This document shows, piece after piece, positions 13,255 through 26,100 of a stretch of DNA of 64,000 nucleotides. Position numbers and translations under genes: made by a program. A model generated the notes under the pieces. The model was not told the origin of the DNA. It saw only the letters and a program-made list of their open reading frames with translations, and made no database searches. Numbering within the stretch: position 1 is the stretch's first letter; every line of letters begins with the position of its first letter. Source of the stretch: Podarcis erhardii. Lineage: Eukaryota. Location: NCBI GenBank assembly GCA_964252035.1, contig OZ176203.1. One strand, given 5' to 3'.

Positions 13255-13443
13255 TGTCTGTATATATAAAGCTTAAACTTTGGGATCCAAGGCTGGATTC
13301 TAGCCTATCCAACTGCACTGGTTACCAACTAGTTTCTGGACCCAATTCAAAGTGCTGGTTTTGACCTATAAAGCCTTAAAACATCTCAGGACTGCAATAC
13401 CTAAAGGACCACCTCTTTCCATATGAACCTACCAGGACCCTGA
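13255..13443 (+). mobile_element. L2 ORF2 C-terminal fragment
   Basis: Reads LHWLPTSFWTQFKVLVLTYKAL, matching the L2 motif LHWLP..RI.FK.L.LTYKAL. Confidence 0.8.
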
Positions 13444-13595
13444 GAACTTGCTTCAGGATAAGAACAGAAATCGGGCTCTGGCGGCGTGGCGGCAGCAGGA
13501 GGCTAAAGCTAAAGTGGTGCTTCAGGTTAAGAACAGTTTCAGGTTAAGAACGGACCTCCGGAACGAATTAAGTACTTAACCTGAGGTACCACTGT
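13444..13595. mobile_element. Partial mariner/Tigger-type MITE (right half)
   Basis: Matches the 3' half of 61976-62194 and ends in GAGGTACCACTG-TA. Confidence 0.85.
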
Positions 13596-16500
13596 ATACC
13601 TTTAGGCCCCAGGCAAAAATGTTCCTCTTTAACAACCCCTTTGGCTGATTGTCATTCAATGCTCTTTTAAAATGTGTCCTTTTTGGGGGGGGGGGTTATT
13701 CTGTTGTTTCTATTTTTATTTTGATTATGTATTCTGTTTTTTATATTGTGATTTTATCCTGTGATAACATGCTATGGCTACCGACCTGTTCATGCCCATC
13801 AGGATATTGGAGTACCTTACAGTTAGCTGCTGCTTTGAATCTTTCCTCAAAACCGACCTTCATTTGGCACTGCCACAATTTCACCTATGTCGCACTGATG
13901 CTGCTTCACATTTGTCTTGCTGGTCTTACTTGGCTCCCGGCCAGAAATTTCACAGTCTTCTGCCATATTCATGTTCTGTTAAGTACCTAGCTAACATTTT
14001 AGCTGTAGAGAAATATCTAGTTTAGCTGTAGAGAAATATCTAATTCAGCTGTTCGGCTGGGCTTCCCTGATTTTGAGCTGAGTGGTTTCTTCTTAACGGT
14101 CATAGGAACGAAGCAACTTCTTGGTGGCTAATTAGTTGTCATCAGTTGTGAAGACATCAGTCTGATTACAGCCTTTAAAAGCAAAATATAATACCTGGCA
14201 AAAAAAAAAAAAGAGCATTGTGGGTTTAGAAGCCACCTCCTTTCTTCTGCTGTTTGGCCAGGTGGTGCAATGTGCCATGTGTTGTGTGCTCATTGAAAGC
14301 CCAGAATGAATGCAAGTGTGAACATGGAAGAAGTGATCCGTGGGGAGGCCCCTCACGGGAAAGAGTTGATGCCCCAAGCGAGGGGGGATCAGTAGTTCCT
14401 GGTTCCCCAGAAAGACAGGAGAGGGGGGGGGGCTCCATTATGCACACAGTCTATTGAGGGTTACGGACTTACAATGGGGACAGGTGTGGAAATGAAAACA
14501 GGCAGAGCTTGTGGTGAATAAAGGGTAAGTTGTGAATGAGGTAAAAAAGAGCTTTCAAGAATGAGCAGAAGTGGCAGAGATTACCCATCACACCAATCCA
14601 TTTTACTGAGAGGACATTTCATTAGCTGCAATATAATGGAGGGGGGAAATATAATTTGGGTTACTTTTTGGAAATCGTGAAACATAACAAGATTTTAGTA
14701 ACCAACCAAAAACGTGGTGTTTAAAAAATTTACTGTTTGCATTTTGACATTGTTACATATTTGCAACGTGCATGCAATGCCCCCCAAAATGAATTACCTT
14801 ACAGGGACTTTGTTGTTGTTGCTTTTTTCCATTAGAGATGTGTAACACATATGAAAAGCAGAACTGCATATTAGAGGACATTAGCATGCCTGGCAGTGTT
14901 TCAGAATAAAACACAGTGCTTCCCTTTAAAGCACAATAGCTCTATTTTTCAAGCGTACAAGTCATTTGATTTTAATCACCAATTCTTTCCATGTAAATGG
15001 CTTATGGTGAAGCAAAAGCAAATGATACAATCTCATATTCTTAATGTGAAATATGGACATGCAGCCTTCCAGAAAGCACTGCCTCTTGAATAAGTTATGA
15101 CGGTTTAGCAAAATCTGAAAATCTGAGTGATATCGAGCATTGTGAAAGCCTGCAGATAAAAGCCCAGTCGTAAAATAAGAGCTACCCATTGAAGCAAAAA
15201 TAGTATGATTATGATTTGTGTGTTTCTTCATTGTTTCTCCCCCATTTTTGTTTCTGGCACAGCACAGCTCTGATTTCCACTTAGAAGCTTCTGCTTAACT
15301 TCCATCACACAAATTGCAGTTTCAGTTGCTTGGAGTCCAATCTTGCCGAGGCGGATTCATGGGTGCTCCCTTGAATAAGGAAGCTAAATAAAAGAAAGCC
15401 ATGCTATTTTCTGTTTCGGAGCGTTACTCATTCTTTACCTTTTGTCCCACAAATTACATCCGTCTCACACGAATAGGGACCTGGTGCCAGTGCCTGTCCT
15501 TGCATAAACCTTTCCTCTGAAATTCCACTTGCTGTAAGTCTATTCAAAAAGCCTTCTACTCCCTTACAAGCTGGCACATAACCAGATTTCTATTAAGCCT
15601 GCATCATCCTTTTGTGTCTCCCAATCTTTCCCTCCTATAAATTATTCCATATATTATGTTGCCATCTGTCCTCCTATCTAATACATTGCCCTGGTTCTGC
15701 ATGTGTTGCTACCACTCTTCCATGAAATGTGATTCCATCTGCCTGCCCCCCCCCCACTCCCTTTCCCCACCAACCATCTTCTCTGGCTAGTATTGCATCT
15801 TGATGGATAAAATCTACAAGAGGCTCCTGCTTTGTAACTTCCACGCAATTCATTGGGATTTGTACCTGCTTCCCTTGGAAGCCCTATTAAAACGAAGTGA
15901 GCTTGCAGAGGAGCAATGCCTGGTGACTTGCACCCTGCCATTTCCATATGACTCAATTATACTTGGTTGACATGAAATGGGAGACAAATGAGTGTCGCCA
16001 AAATAGCAAAGGGTAACAAAATAACCTGGTGCCTAGAGGAATCTTTCCTCTGTTGAATTTTTCATGTTGTCCTCTTTCAAATCTGTTTTCAGCTTGTTCT
16101 GGTTTGTCAGCTGTCTGAGCTTTTCTTCTTCTTCTTCCTCCTCCTTCTCCTCCTCCCCCCCCCTCCATTCCTCCCAGGTCACTGTTAATGTAGCTTGACT
16201 CCCCCCCCAACTCCTTTTTCAAAGGTAGCACTTGAAAAGAGAGCAGGTGGTTTTTCAGAGAAATGGGCAAGTGACACAGGTTGACAAGCTACAGCAAAGC
16301 AGGTCACGACAAAGTAGTTTGGAAATTGGATTGCAGGAGGTAGAAAATTGAGTCCTGCCTTAGAGGGGCCAGGATCTTGCACGAAATGCACCAGAATTGA
16401 ACAAGTCACAGTTGGGTTGTTGGGGCAGTAAGACATGACCTACATCATGGGAACACATTGGTGGAGAGGCAGGGAGGAGTGAGTGGGTTTGCCATTCATT

Positions 16501-16632
16501 CTCGGTTTGTTTCATCCTCTTGCTGTGTTATCAAAACAATCACGATCTTCTTAGAATAACTTAGACAAATTGGGTTGTGGGTGTCCCAGGCGGTGATCGC
16601 TTATGCGTGTGCATGGATGTGTCCATATACAT

Positions 16633-17096
16633 TGTTGTTGTTTAGTCGTTTAGTCGTGTCTGACTCTTCGTGACCCCATGGACCAGAGCATGCCAGTCAC
16701 TCCTGTCTTCCACTGCCTCCTGCAGTTTAGTCAAACACATGCTGGTAGCTTTGAGAACACTGTCTAACCATCTCGTCCTCTGTCGTCCCCTTCTCCTTGT
16801 GCCCTCAATCTTTCCAAACATCAGGGTCTTTTCCAGAGAGTCTTCTCTTCTTATGAGGTGGCCAGGGAGTCTTCTCTTCTTATGAGCCTCAGCTTCAGGA
16901 TCTGTTTTTCCAGTGAGCACTCAGGGCTTATTTCCTTAAGAATGGAGAGGTTTGATCTTCTTGCAATCCATGGGACTCTCAAGAGTCTCCTCCAGCACAA
17001 TTCAAAAGCATCAATTCTTCGGCGATCAGCCTTCTTTATGGTCCAGCTCTTACTTCCATACATCACTACTGGGAAAACCATAGCTTTAACTATACG
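16633..17096 (-). mobile_element. Bov-B LINE 3' fragment
   Basis: Bov-B ORF2 C-terminal peptides and a (CAA)n tail. 12-bp TSD GTCCATATACAT at 16621-16632 and 17097-17108. Confidence 0.95.
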
Positions 17097-17745
17097 GTCC
17101 ATATACATGAGACATGTATAATGTCTCATGTTCATTGCACAGCCACAGAAGAGGGGGCTTTGCAGTTACCTTATTGAGTTCCACAGCGTTATCTCTGGCT
17201 CACAATAGGCAGCATTTTGCAGACCAAGGATGGGGAACCTATGGTTCTGCAGCTGCTCTCAACTCAGTCCAGTGGCCTTGCTGGCAGAGGTTGATAGGAA
17301 TTGTAGTTCGGCAACACCTAGAGGGCCAAAGGTTCTCCACACTTGCTGTAGATCAAGGATAGGGAACCTATGGCCCTCCATATGTTGTTGGATCATGGCT
17401 CCTGTCAACTCTGATCATTGGGCACTCTGGATGGGAGTTGATGGGAGTTGGAGTCCAGCAATATTTGCACGGTTACAAGTTGTGACAACTTTGCTCTTTT
17501 CAGAGGACAAATCTACGCCTGATTTCTATGTAGCGGAAACTAAGTCCGGCAGTTAAGTTTTGCACCTTAGTTTCCCTTCAACGAATGCCATGTCTGGGGT
17601 GGATGAGAATTTAGTGTTCAAGGATGAATCTTCGGGCATATAGCATATACATTTTCCTTTACTTAACTTAAAAGTAACTTGAGCATTACAAAAAAGAAGA
17701 TAAATAAGGTCAATAACATAAAAACCTTATAAAATGCTAGTATTG

Positions 17746-18260
17746 TTGTCGTTTAGTCGTTTAGTCGTGTCTGGCTCTTCGTGACCCCATGGACCAGAGC
17801 ATGCCAGGCACTCCTGTCTTCCACTGCCTCCCGCAGTTTGGTCAAACTCATGTTAGTAGCTTCGAGAACACTGTCCAACCATCTCGTCCTCTGCCGTCCC
17901 CTTCTCCTTGTGCCCTCCATCTTTCCCAACATCAGGGTCTTTTCCAGGGAGTCTTCTCTTCTCATGAGGTGGCCAAAGTATTGGAGCCTCAGCTTCAGGA
18001 TCTGTCCTTCCAGTGAGCACTCAGGGCTGATTTCCTTCAGAATGGATAGGTTTGATCTTCTTGCAATCCATGGGACTCTCAAGAGTCTCCTCCAGCACCA
18101 TAATTCAAAAGCATCAATTCTTCGGTGATCAGCCTTCTTTATGGTCCAGCTCTCACTTCCATACATCACCACTGGGAAAACCACAGCTTTAACTATACGG
18201 ACCTTTGTTGGCAAGGTGATGTCTCTGCTTTTTAAGATGCTGTCTAGGTTTGTCATTGCT
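17746..18260 (-). mobile_element. Bov-B LINE 3' fragment, open reading frame to the native stop
   Basis: AMTNLDSILKSRDITLPTKVRIVKAVVFPVVMYGSESWTIKK...GVTKSQTRLND*. 13-bp TSD AATGCTAGTATTG at 17733-17745 and 18261-18273. Confidence 0.96.
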
Positions 18261-19585
18261 AATGCTAGTATTGCAAATCTAAAATACTGATTATTGATAT
18301 AGAGCTGAGAAGCTCTAATTAAATCATAATTATTTGAATCAGCAACACTAAAATTGGGCTGCAAGCAAAAGGTGATATGAAAGGTGATATACGCTGAGAG
18401 AAAGGGATATTTATACCCAGTTTTTCCTTTGGAAGAGAGATACTTTTCTAACCTTTCTCAGTTATCAAAGAAAACCAAGAGTACATTCCACAAAATATCC
18501 AACTTCATGAAAGGATGTGGTAAATGAGATTCCCAAAATACATACACTGCAAAATACATACACTGCAAAATACATATATTTTGATTAAACATAATTTACT
18601 GTCATCAAAGCAAAATAATTTCAGCAACATCTTATAAAACTACATCAATTGCAGACAATTTCTGTTTTTTAAAAACCTACCTGGGTAGAAGTTACACAGA
18701 CATGTTATCAAAAGCTGAGTTATACAAGGATGCGTTTGTCTCCCATCTGCGCATACTTCAAGTATAAATGTTTAAAAATAGCATACGCCTTGAACACCAC
18801 TTTTTTAACCAACCTATAAAGGTGGATTGATTAAGCCAGGCAAATTCAAGGTTTTCTTTTTATAAAAGGCAACAGAAGCAAGATAGGGAACGGAGAGTCG
18901 TGATGTACTAGTCTGGTATGCAGGTCTGTCCTGTCTCTGAAGGACATTACAGAAATAGAAATACGACTTTTATTTCCATTTTAATGAGTTTAATTGTGTT
19001 GCATTGGAGTAAGGAACATCAGCAATAGGGCCTGTTCCTAGCCAGAATGGATGCATAAGTGGGAATATGTCAGGGTCCCCGTCCCTGTCACACTTAGTAA
19101 GCAGAGGTTAATAATAGACTGCTGTAGATTTTTCAGATGACTCAGCTGTAGACTTTCCAAGATGTCAAATATGGGATCTGCCCTGCTAGAGCTGCAGCAT
19201 ATCAGTTTAAACCTCTGTAGCTGAATAAACTAATAGGAGAACATTGAAGAAGATTTCCCCCCAATTCAACCTTGCTTGGTGATATGCATTGAAGTATCCA
19301 TGAAAATCTCATTCCTATCCTCTTGTCCCTCCAGTGTCTAACATGACTTTATAATCTCTTGATGCACGTATTTTGGCATCCCTTGCTGAGCAATGGTGCA
19401 GGGGGTCTTTTTCATCTGCGGGTTTGTCATCTGAACATGTGTGCGAGTGAAAATTCCATTACCAATAGAAGCAGCACATGGAGAGCTTGTTTATAAAAAG
19501 AAAAGTTGGCATTGGGATGGGAGAGTCTTGTTTAAATGCCTTAGTTGGACCTCATGTAGGCCTTGGAATCATTGCTGCTGCGAGA

Positions 19586-19717
19586 TCATAGAATTGTAGA
19601 GTTGGAAGAGACCACGATGGTCATCTGGTCCAAACCTCTGCAATGCAGGACTCCTCCACCCAACAAACTCATGACCCTGAGCTTTAAGAGTCTCATGCTC
19701 TACTGACTGAGCTATCC
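19586..19717 (-). mobile_element. tRNA-Lys-derived short SINE with CR1-type tail (Squam3-like)
   Basis: The minus strand begins GGATAGCTCAGTCAGTAGAGCATGAGACTCTTAA (tRNA-Lys(CTT)-like) and ends ttccaactctacaattctatgat. Confidence 0.8.
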
Positions 19718-20347
19718 GGGCTCACAGACATACTAAGTTGCTGTTGGTTGTGTATGGTGGTGGGCGACTATGTGTTGAGAAGGCAGGACAACTGCAGTGT
19801 TTGGGAAAAGGGAGATTTTGTGAAGATGAAAATACCAGAGACAACAAAGCTGAGTTGATGGGAGGAACTGAATTGCTCATAAAGCATCAGTCTGGCTAAA
19901 TCAATCATAGGGTAATTTTTATATAAACACAGGAGGTTTTGCAGTTCCATAGGGACTGTTCTTCCATTTTAAAAGTTGAATGTGTAATGTGCTCAACAAG
20001 ACATACTTGCTGATGTTGAAACCCCTTAAGCTGCTTCATTATACACTTACTCTTCCCCACATAAACCAACCTGGACCCTGAAGGCCCATCTGAGGCCCTT
20101 CTCTGTGTCTCCCCTCTACAAATGGTCTGGAGGGTAGAAACACAAGAATAGGCTTTTTCAGTGGTGACTCCCTGCTCATGGAATGTTCCCCTCAGGAAGA
20201 TTTGCCTGGCATTATCTCTATCTGTTTTTAAGTGCCTGGCAACAAATTTTCATTTTATTTGAACTTTTATTTGGCCTAAATTTGAAGGGTTTCCAGTACT
20301 TGTGGCCTTTTAGAGTGGCGGGATGTGCAAGACTTGCCTTTTATCTC

Positions 20348-20391
<44 letters not shown>
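20348..20391. repeat. (TAT)n microsatellite, probably the tail of the adjacent L2 3' end
   Basis: About 14 units read directly. It abuts a minus-strand L2-like 3' end at about 20410-20660. Confidence 0.9.
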
Positions 20392-20394
<3 letters not shown>

Positions 20395-20409
20395 CTACCA
20401 CTATTCTAT

Positions 20410-20660
20410 GCTGCCCATCTGATTAGGTTGCCCTAGTCACTCTGGGCGGCTCCCAACAGAATATTAAAACAAGATAAAACATCAAACATTAAAAACTTCC
20501 CTAAACAAGGCTGCCTTCAGATATCTTCTAAAAGTCAAATAGTTGTTTATTTCCTTGACATCTGATGGGAGGGCGTTCCACAAGGTGGGTGCAACTACTG
20601 TAACATCACTTATCGCAATGAGGGAACCACCAGAAGGCCCTCAGTGCTCGATCTCAGTGT
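20410..20660 (-). mobile_element. L2 3' terminal fragment
   Basis: ctctgggcggctcccaacag...gggagggcgttccacaagg is typical of squamate L2 3' ends. Confidence 0.65.
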
Positions 20661-20832
20661 CAGGGCTGAACAATGGCTTTTTTAAAAAAGAAATGTTTTT
20701 AAAGTTTCTATTTGTTGTTATTGGTTTTAGTGTTAATAATGTGTTCATCAAACATGTTGGGTCGCTTTTGTGAGGAAAGCAACTAATAACTATTGGTAAT
20801 AATCATAATCATATTTAATTTTTCATCCGCAG

Positions 20833-20889
20833 GAAAAACGACTGAAAGAAAAGGCAGCAAGAAGAGAAGCCAGAAAGAAAAATGCAAAA
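20833..20889 (+). CDS. DDX10: DDX10 coding exon (57 nt): EKRLKEKAARREARKKNAK
   Basis: Acceptor tttttcatccgcAG and donor GTAAG at 20890. Matches human EKRLKEREARREANKRQAK, phase 0/0. Confidence 0.94.
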
Positions 20890-22723
20890 GTAAGGCTTTT
20901 TAATATTCTTTCACAGAAATTTTATGACCTCTGCATACTATGAAGTGTAAGAGGGAACTATCTTATTTTAGGAATCGAAATAGGCTTTATGTATCTTGGA
21001 AAAGAGATCATTGTAGAAAGTTCTCTGAGGATGTCTGTCATGGTGAAAGCGGGAGAAATTCAATGCTGAGAATTGCTGGAGAAGGTGCTGGAAGCAAAAC
21101 AACAGAAACAACAGATATAATAACATCTGTATATGAAATGGCAAAAGGGGATCCCAGAGTGACTCACGGCAATAAAATTATACAGAACAATACAAAACTG
21201 CATGGCAATACACTGTTAGAACCAGCATATGAGGATCTCCCATCCTTCCCCGCCAGTCATAAGTGTGTTTAAGCCTTACATTGGCCTCTATATTAACTGC
21301 AGCCACCACTAATGAAAGTTTCCGATTAACATGGTTTTGAAGCTAGGTAGTGTTCCCTGATTGAGAACCTTCAAGACAACTCGGTAACTTTACCTGGTCT
21401 AAAATGCGGTGGCCAGTGTTCCATTTAGAACTCTGGAACCAGCTGCACTGGTTACCAGTTCATTTGCAAACCCAAACCGAGTTGTTCACATGAATGTTGA
21501 GAGTCCTAAATTGCTTAGGCCCCCAAATATTTAAAAGACCTCCTCAGACCCTTTCAGGTGTTAAGATTGACAGAGGGGGCCCTCTTTGTAGTTCCACCAC
21601 CCTTGTGTCAAGGGGAGACAGACAGACAGAACTCAGATAGGGCATTTATTTTTATTTATTTGTTATTTTGCTATTAGTACTGCTTCATAATTTCTATCTT
21701 CCTTTGTACATTATTTCTATATTTTACACAACAGGGGTTTTGTCTCCCCCCCCCCCCCAAATGTAAATTTTCATTTCCCTTGGATTATGTATGAACGCAT
21801 TTGAATGTAATGTAGCCACGACTAAAGGAACTGCAGTGCAACTTTACTGATTTAGTGTTCAGGAAGAGTTTTCTCCTACCTGAAGTTTGGAATCCTTATG
21901 CCGCACATAATTCCCAGGAGCCAGCCTTCCAAAGAAGATGTGAATGCAAATCGCATGTTTAGCTGTAATTTTGCATTGGCATATTTATTGTGGCAAGATG
22001 TTCATCCTGTTCAAGGGACATGCTGATTTTTTCCGGGACGAAGGTCCAATTGTGTACGTCATTTCGTCTACCTGAATAACCATGATTTGTACTTGACACT
22101 TAGCAAAGATTGGTTTCCTTTGAGAGCAAACTCAAGGTGCTGCTGTGCTGATCTCCTTTCTGCATTCTCTTCATCTTGTCAGTGGAACTTGGAGAACTGG
22201 ACTGGGAAAATGACTCGCATTGTAGTCTGGAAGTTGAGACACCAGTGCTCTTCTTCAAGAAACAAAGACTGGTTGTGATGAGCAACTCTTTATTAAAACG
22301 TAGCTTTCAGAAATATCATATTGCAGCATGACGTACAAATCATGTCTGGGGTTGTGGGTACTGGTCCTATACGCCACATCTCAAATATGTTTCTATTGTC
22401 CAGCCCAGGGTCCTCACAGTCAGGAACTGAAGCCTGATTATAACAAGACGTTTCTCTGTGCTGACCAGGAATGGGCAGAAAGCCACACTTACAGAATTTG
22501 CACTTCACCTGGCCAATTCAAGCACTTCAGGTAGTGCAGAATAGTGACCTATGTATTAACAGGGACCAGCCACAGAGGGCCTTCAAAACCTATGCTAGGG
22601 AAGGGCCATAGATCGCATGATTTGCTGGGCAAAGGTCCCAGATTTTAAATCTGGCATCTCTCAGTAAGACTGGGAAAGACTCTTGACTGAAATCCCAAAG
22701 AGCTATTGACATTTAGTGTACAC

Positions 22724-22939
22724 CAGGGATGGGGAATGTTCTTGACTCGATGGACCAGATTCTTATCAGGATCGGCCTTGTTGGCCAAGTGACATCAGGT
22801 GCAAGATGCTTTGATTTAACCCTCTTGCCCATCAGCTGATGTTGCAAGTGGATGTGTATGGGAAACTGTCCTCATGAGCCAACTTGGAAGCCCCTGATGG
22901 GCAAAGATTGGCCCAAGGACTCAAGGTTCCCTACCCTTC
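22724..22939. mobile_element. Older hAT MITE
   Basis: Left TIR CAGGGATGGGGAA, degenerate right TIR TTCCCTACCCTTC. Flanks GTGTACAC and TTATAGAC form a degenerate TSD. Confidence 0.55.
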
Positions 22940-22947
22940 TTATAGAC

Positions 22948-23171
22948 CAGGGGTAGGCAACCTAAGGCCCATGGGCCACAAGCAACCCATGGGGGTCGAT
23001 TAACCGGCCCACGAACCGCCCCTGAACCGAGCTGCCTGCTTCCGCGGCACCAAAAATCGCGTCTGCGCAGACACAGACGCCGGAAATCACAAGCGGGCAC
23101 GCAATCCGGCCCACGGAGGGATCTCCACTGGAGTGAACCGGCCCAGGCGAGGTAAACCTTGCCTACCCCTG
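22948..23171. mobile_element. hAT (Charlie-like) MITE
   Basis: TIRs CAGGGGTAGGCAA and TTGCCTACCCCTG. Exact TSD TTATAGAC at 22940-22947 and 23172-23179. Same family as 59253-59515. Confidence 0.93.
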
Positions 23172-26100
23172 TTATAGACAGTAGTGAGCTAGATGGACCA
23201 TTGATCTGACTGTAGAATACAGTTTCATATGTTCCTAGCTCACCTGCATTAGCTGCCTTCAGTCTATTAGTCTATCACTTCAAGATTTTGGTTATGACCA
23301 CAATCATAGCATCATAGAGTTGGAAGGGACCCAAGAGACCTCTAGTCCAACCCCCTGCAATGGCAGAGCCTAGAATGTTTTGGGAACATCTCTTATATGG
23401 ACCTCTCTGAGATCAGCTGGAGAATCCTTCATCTGGATCCAACCACTACACTATACCATACTGGTATATATATTTCATAAGACATTTGTATATTAAGTGC
23501 ATTTCAGGCAGAAAGGCAATTAATATATTTTATAAACAAATAAATAACATTTGAGAAAATGTGAGGTAGAGAGAAACATGAAATCCTGAAAAAAATTGAC
23601 CTAAGGCGATTCCCCACCCCCTCCCAGATCATCCTGAATACCTCACACAGGGTTCGGGAATCTGTGGCCTCCAGGGGTTGCTGAACTACAACTCCCATCA
23701 GCCCTAGCTAGGATGATGGACAGTCAGGGATTATGGGGAGTTGCTGTTCACCAACTTCTGAAGGAGCACAAGGTCCCCTCTCATGACCATCTCTTTGGGA
23801 ACTGTTCCTCTGTTGCCATCTTCTGTCAGCACCATTTTTCCCTAGTATTTATATACTATCTGATTTTATTTTTTAAATTTTTATTGGAAATTTTATTTAC
23901 AACATAACCCGCCCATACAGAAATCCACCCTCATTAAATGTGAACATAACATACAATGAGCATAACATACAACAATACAAACAACCATTATCCTGTATCT
24001 GGCCTCCTTATTTACTTCTTATAAGCTGTTTCCTTTATGAATAATTATTAAGATTTTTCTCATTATAACTTAAATACCATCTGATTTTAGTAAAACCTTT
24101 ACTAAAACCTTCAAGCAGTATTAAAAAACAACCCATTAAAATTATCGATAAAAGACAGTTAAAGCAGGTATTCCATTCCATTACTGATTAAAATGAACAG
24201 TAAATAATGCACAGGTTAAAACACGTGTAACTTCTGCGTGTCTCAATATGCTTGTTATAAACGCACATTGAACAGAGTATTGAACTGCGAAGGCACCTGG
24301 CTGACGTCAGTAGACGAAGAGTGTAGCCTACAAGGTCAGTTTTTATGATTTATATATTGTCAGTTTATATTTCTTTTTCTCCTGTTGGAATGTTGATGGA
24401 ATGGGGTCAGGACACTTGCTGGGAAGTTGACCTCACTGTGGCCAAGTTCCAGAAATGCCTCAAAAGCACTTCTTTTTTACCTTGCCATGATCAGATCCCA
24501 ATTCCTACTTCTGTCTTAACAAAGACTGTTTAGCAGTGGTTCATGGTGGAGTGACTGGCATGTTGTTTTTTGAGGTGTTTCCCACTCCCTGCAGAGCCTT
24601 AAAAAAACACAAAAACACCATCTTTGGTTAGGCGTGAAAGAGAGAGCTCAAGAATGGTCAGCCCCTAGTCAAGAGATTTTGACAGCTTGGAACCAGGAGT
24701 CAAATTCTTGTGAGATTCCTGGGGAGCCAACAGTGATGTGTAGAGAAGGCAATCCCAAACTGACAGGAGCCCGAGGGATTCTTTTCGAGCTTATCCTTGC
24801 ATCAGAAATCAGTCTAGTTTCAGCACCAGCGCCTGAAGACTTTCACAAGTTCACCCAGGGTCAGGATCAAGGAGTCCCATGTGGGCTTTCATATTTAACG
24901 CTCCGGAAAGAAGCTATAAAACCAGCACTGACTATTACAAAAGAAACTGCTGCTGCTGCTGAATCAAAAATACAGGTTTTCTCTTTGCACCTCAGAACTT
25001 TAAACCTTTGTTACATATCTTTAGGCACCAGACAAAAATAAATAAATCCTCTTCTCCCAAGCCTTTGGCTAATTAAACTTTTAAACTGAGGAGCAGAGGG
25101 CGGTATTGTTTTGTTTGTTACTATGTTACACATTTTTGTGTTTTTATATTGTAAAACGCCCTGTGATCCTTGGATGAAGGGTGGTATAGAAAAATAATAA
25201 GAATAAGAATTAATAATAATAATATCCACAAACAACAAAACATTGGTTAGTGCAAATGATTAAGCAATCACTGCTGTATAAGGTTGTGGGCACACATCCC
25301 ATTCTGTGTAATTTGTTAATTTGGAACAATTTCAAAGGAAGGAGGCTTGAATAATTTTTTAAGTTTACATGGCCGTCAATAAAATTCTCTAGGCAGCTTA
25401 CACAATAAAAATAAACATTTATGCAGTGTTTAAAACTACAATAATTGAAACAAAAAAATTATGTAACAACATAGCAAAATTCCCTAATTGAGAGATAAAG
25501 AATTTGCAGCTCTGCTTAAAACTATGCTAAATGAGTGAAAGCATAAAGTTTTAAATCTGAAAACAGATTAAAACAGAAAATAAGCCTAGGGTTTGTTTGG
25601 AAACACAAGTGTAAAATGGCCTTCAGCTGGTGCCAAAAAGACCATCAAGAAGGGAGGAAACAAACTTCTTTGAGGAGAGCATTTCTTAAGCCACCACTGA
25701 TAATCGCCACTCCTTTGTAACCACCTGTCTCACCTCACTTGGGTGGGGGCACACAGAGCAGGGCCTCTGAAAAGGGTCTTAAGGTTCATGGAGGTGTATG
25801 TGGGTTAAAAAGCTACACATGTAGGGCAATGCCTCAGTGCTCACTGGTTATTCTTGACAAGACAAAATCAGGAAGGAACTATCTAAAGAATCGAATGAAA
25901 GGGATCTCAGGATTTTGCTGTTTTTATTTATCAACTTTTTTAAAAAAGCAGTGAAAGCAGCAGTGTATTTTGCTTGTAAACAGTGCCCATAAGGCTTGAG
26001 GTTGGGTGTGTTTTTGTGGATCTGGATTATTACAATTACAGTTATTAATATTCATTTCATTTCTACACCACTTCATATTTTTAAGGAAAAAATATAAAGC

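Larger units (their letters stand above)
22600..23236 (+). mobile_element. Ancient tRNA-derived SINE split by two hAT MITEs
   Basis: Head aaggtcccagattttaaatctggcatctc and tail gagctagatggaccattgatctgactg...atgttccta. A related uninterrupted minus-strand copy lies at about 34598-34772. Confidence 0.65.

Noticed and set aside
17753-18364. 203-aa ORF as a host gene
   Set aside because: It is Bov-B ORF2 read through into flanking DNA past the TSD.
13998-18576. Short tandem duplications (23 bp x2 at 13998-14043; 16 bp x2.6 at 18535-18576)
   Set aside because: Ordinary slippage duplications with no further structure.
24634-25041. 135-aa intronic ORF as a nested gene
   Set aside because: No recognisable homology, splice context or promoter evidence.
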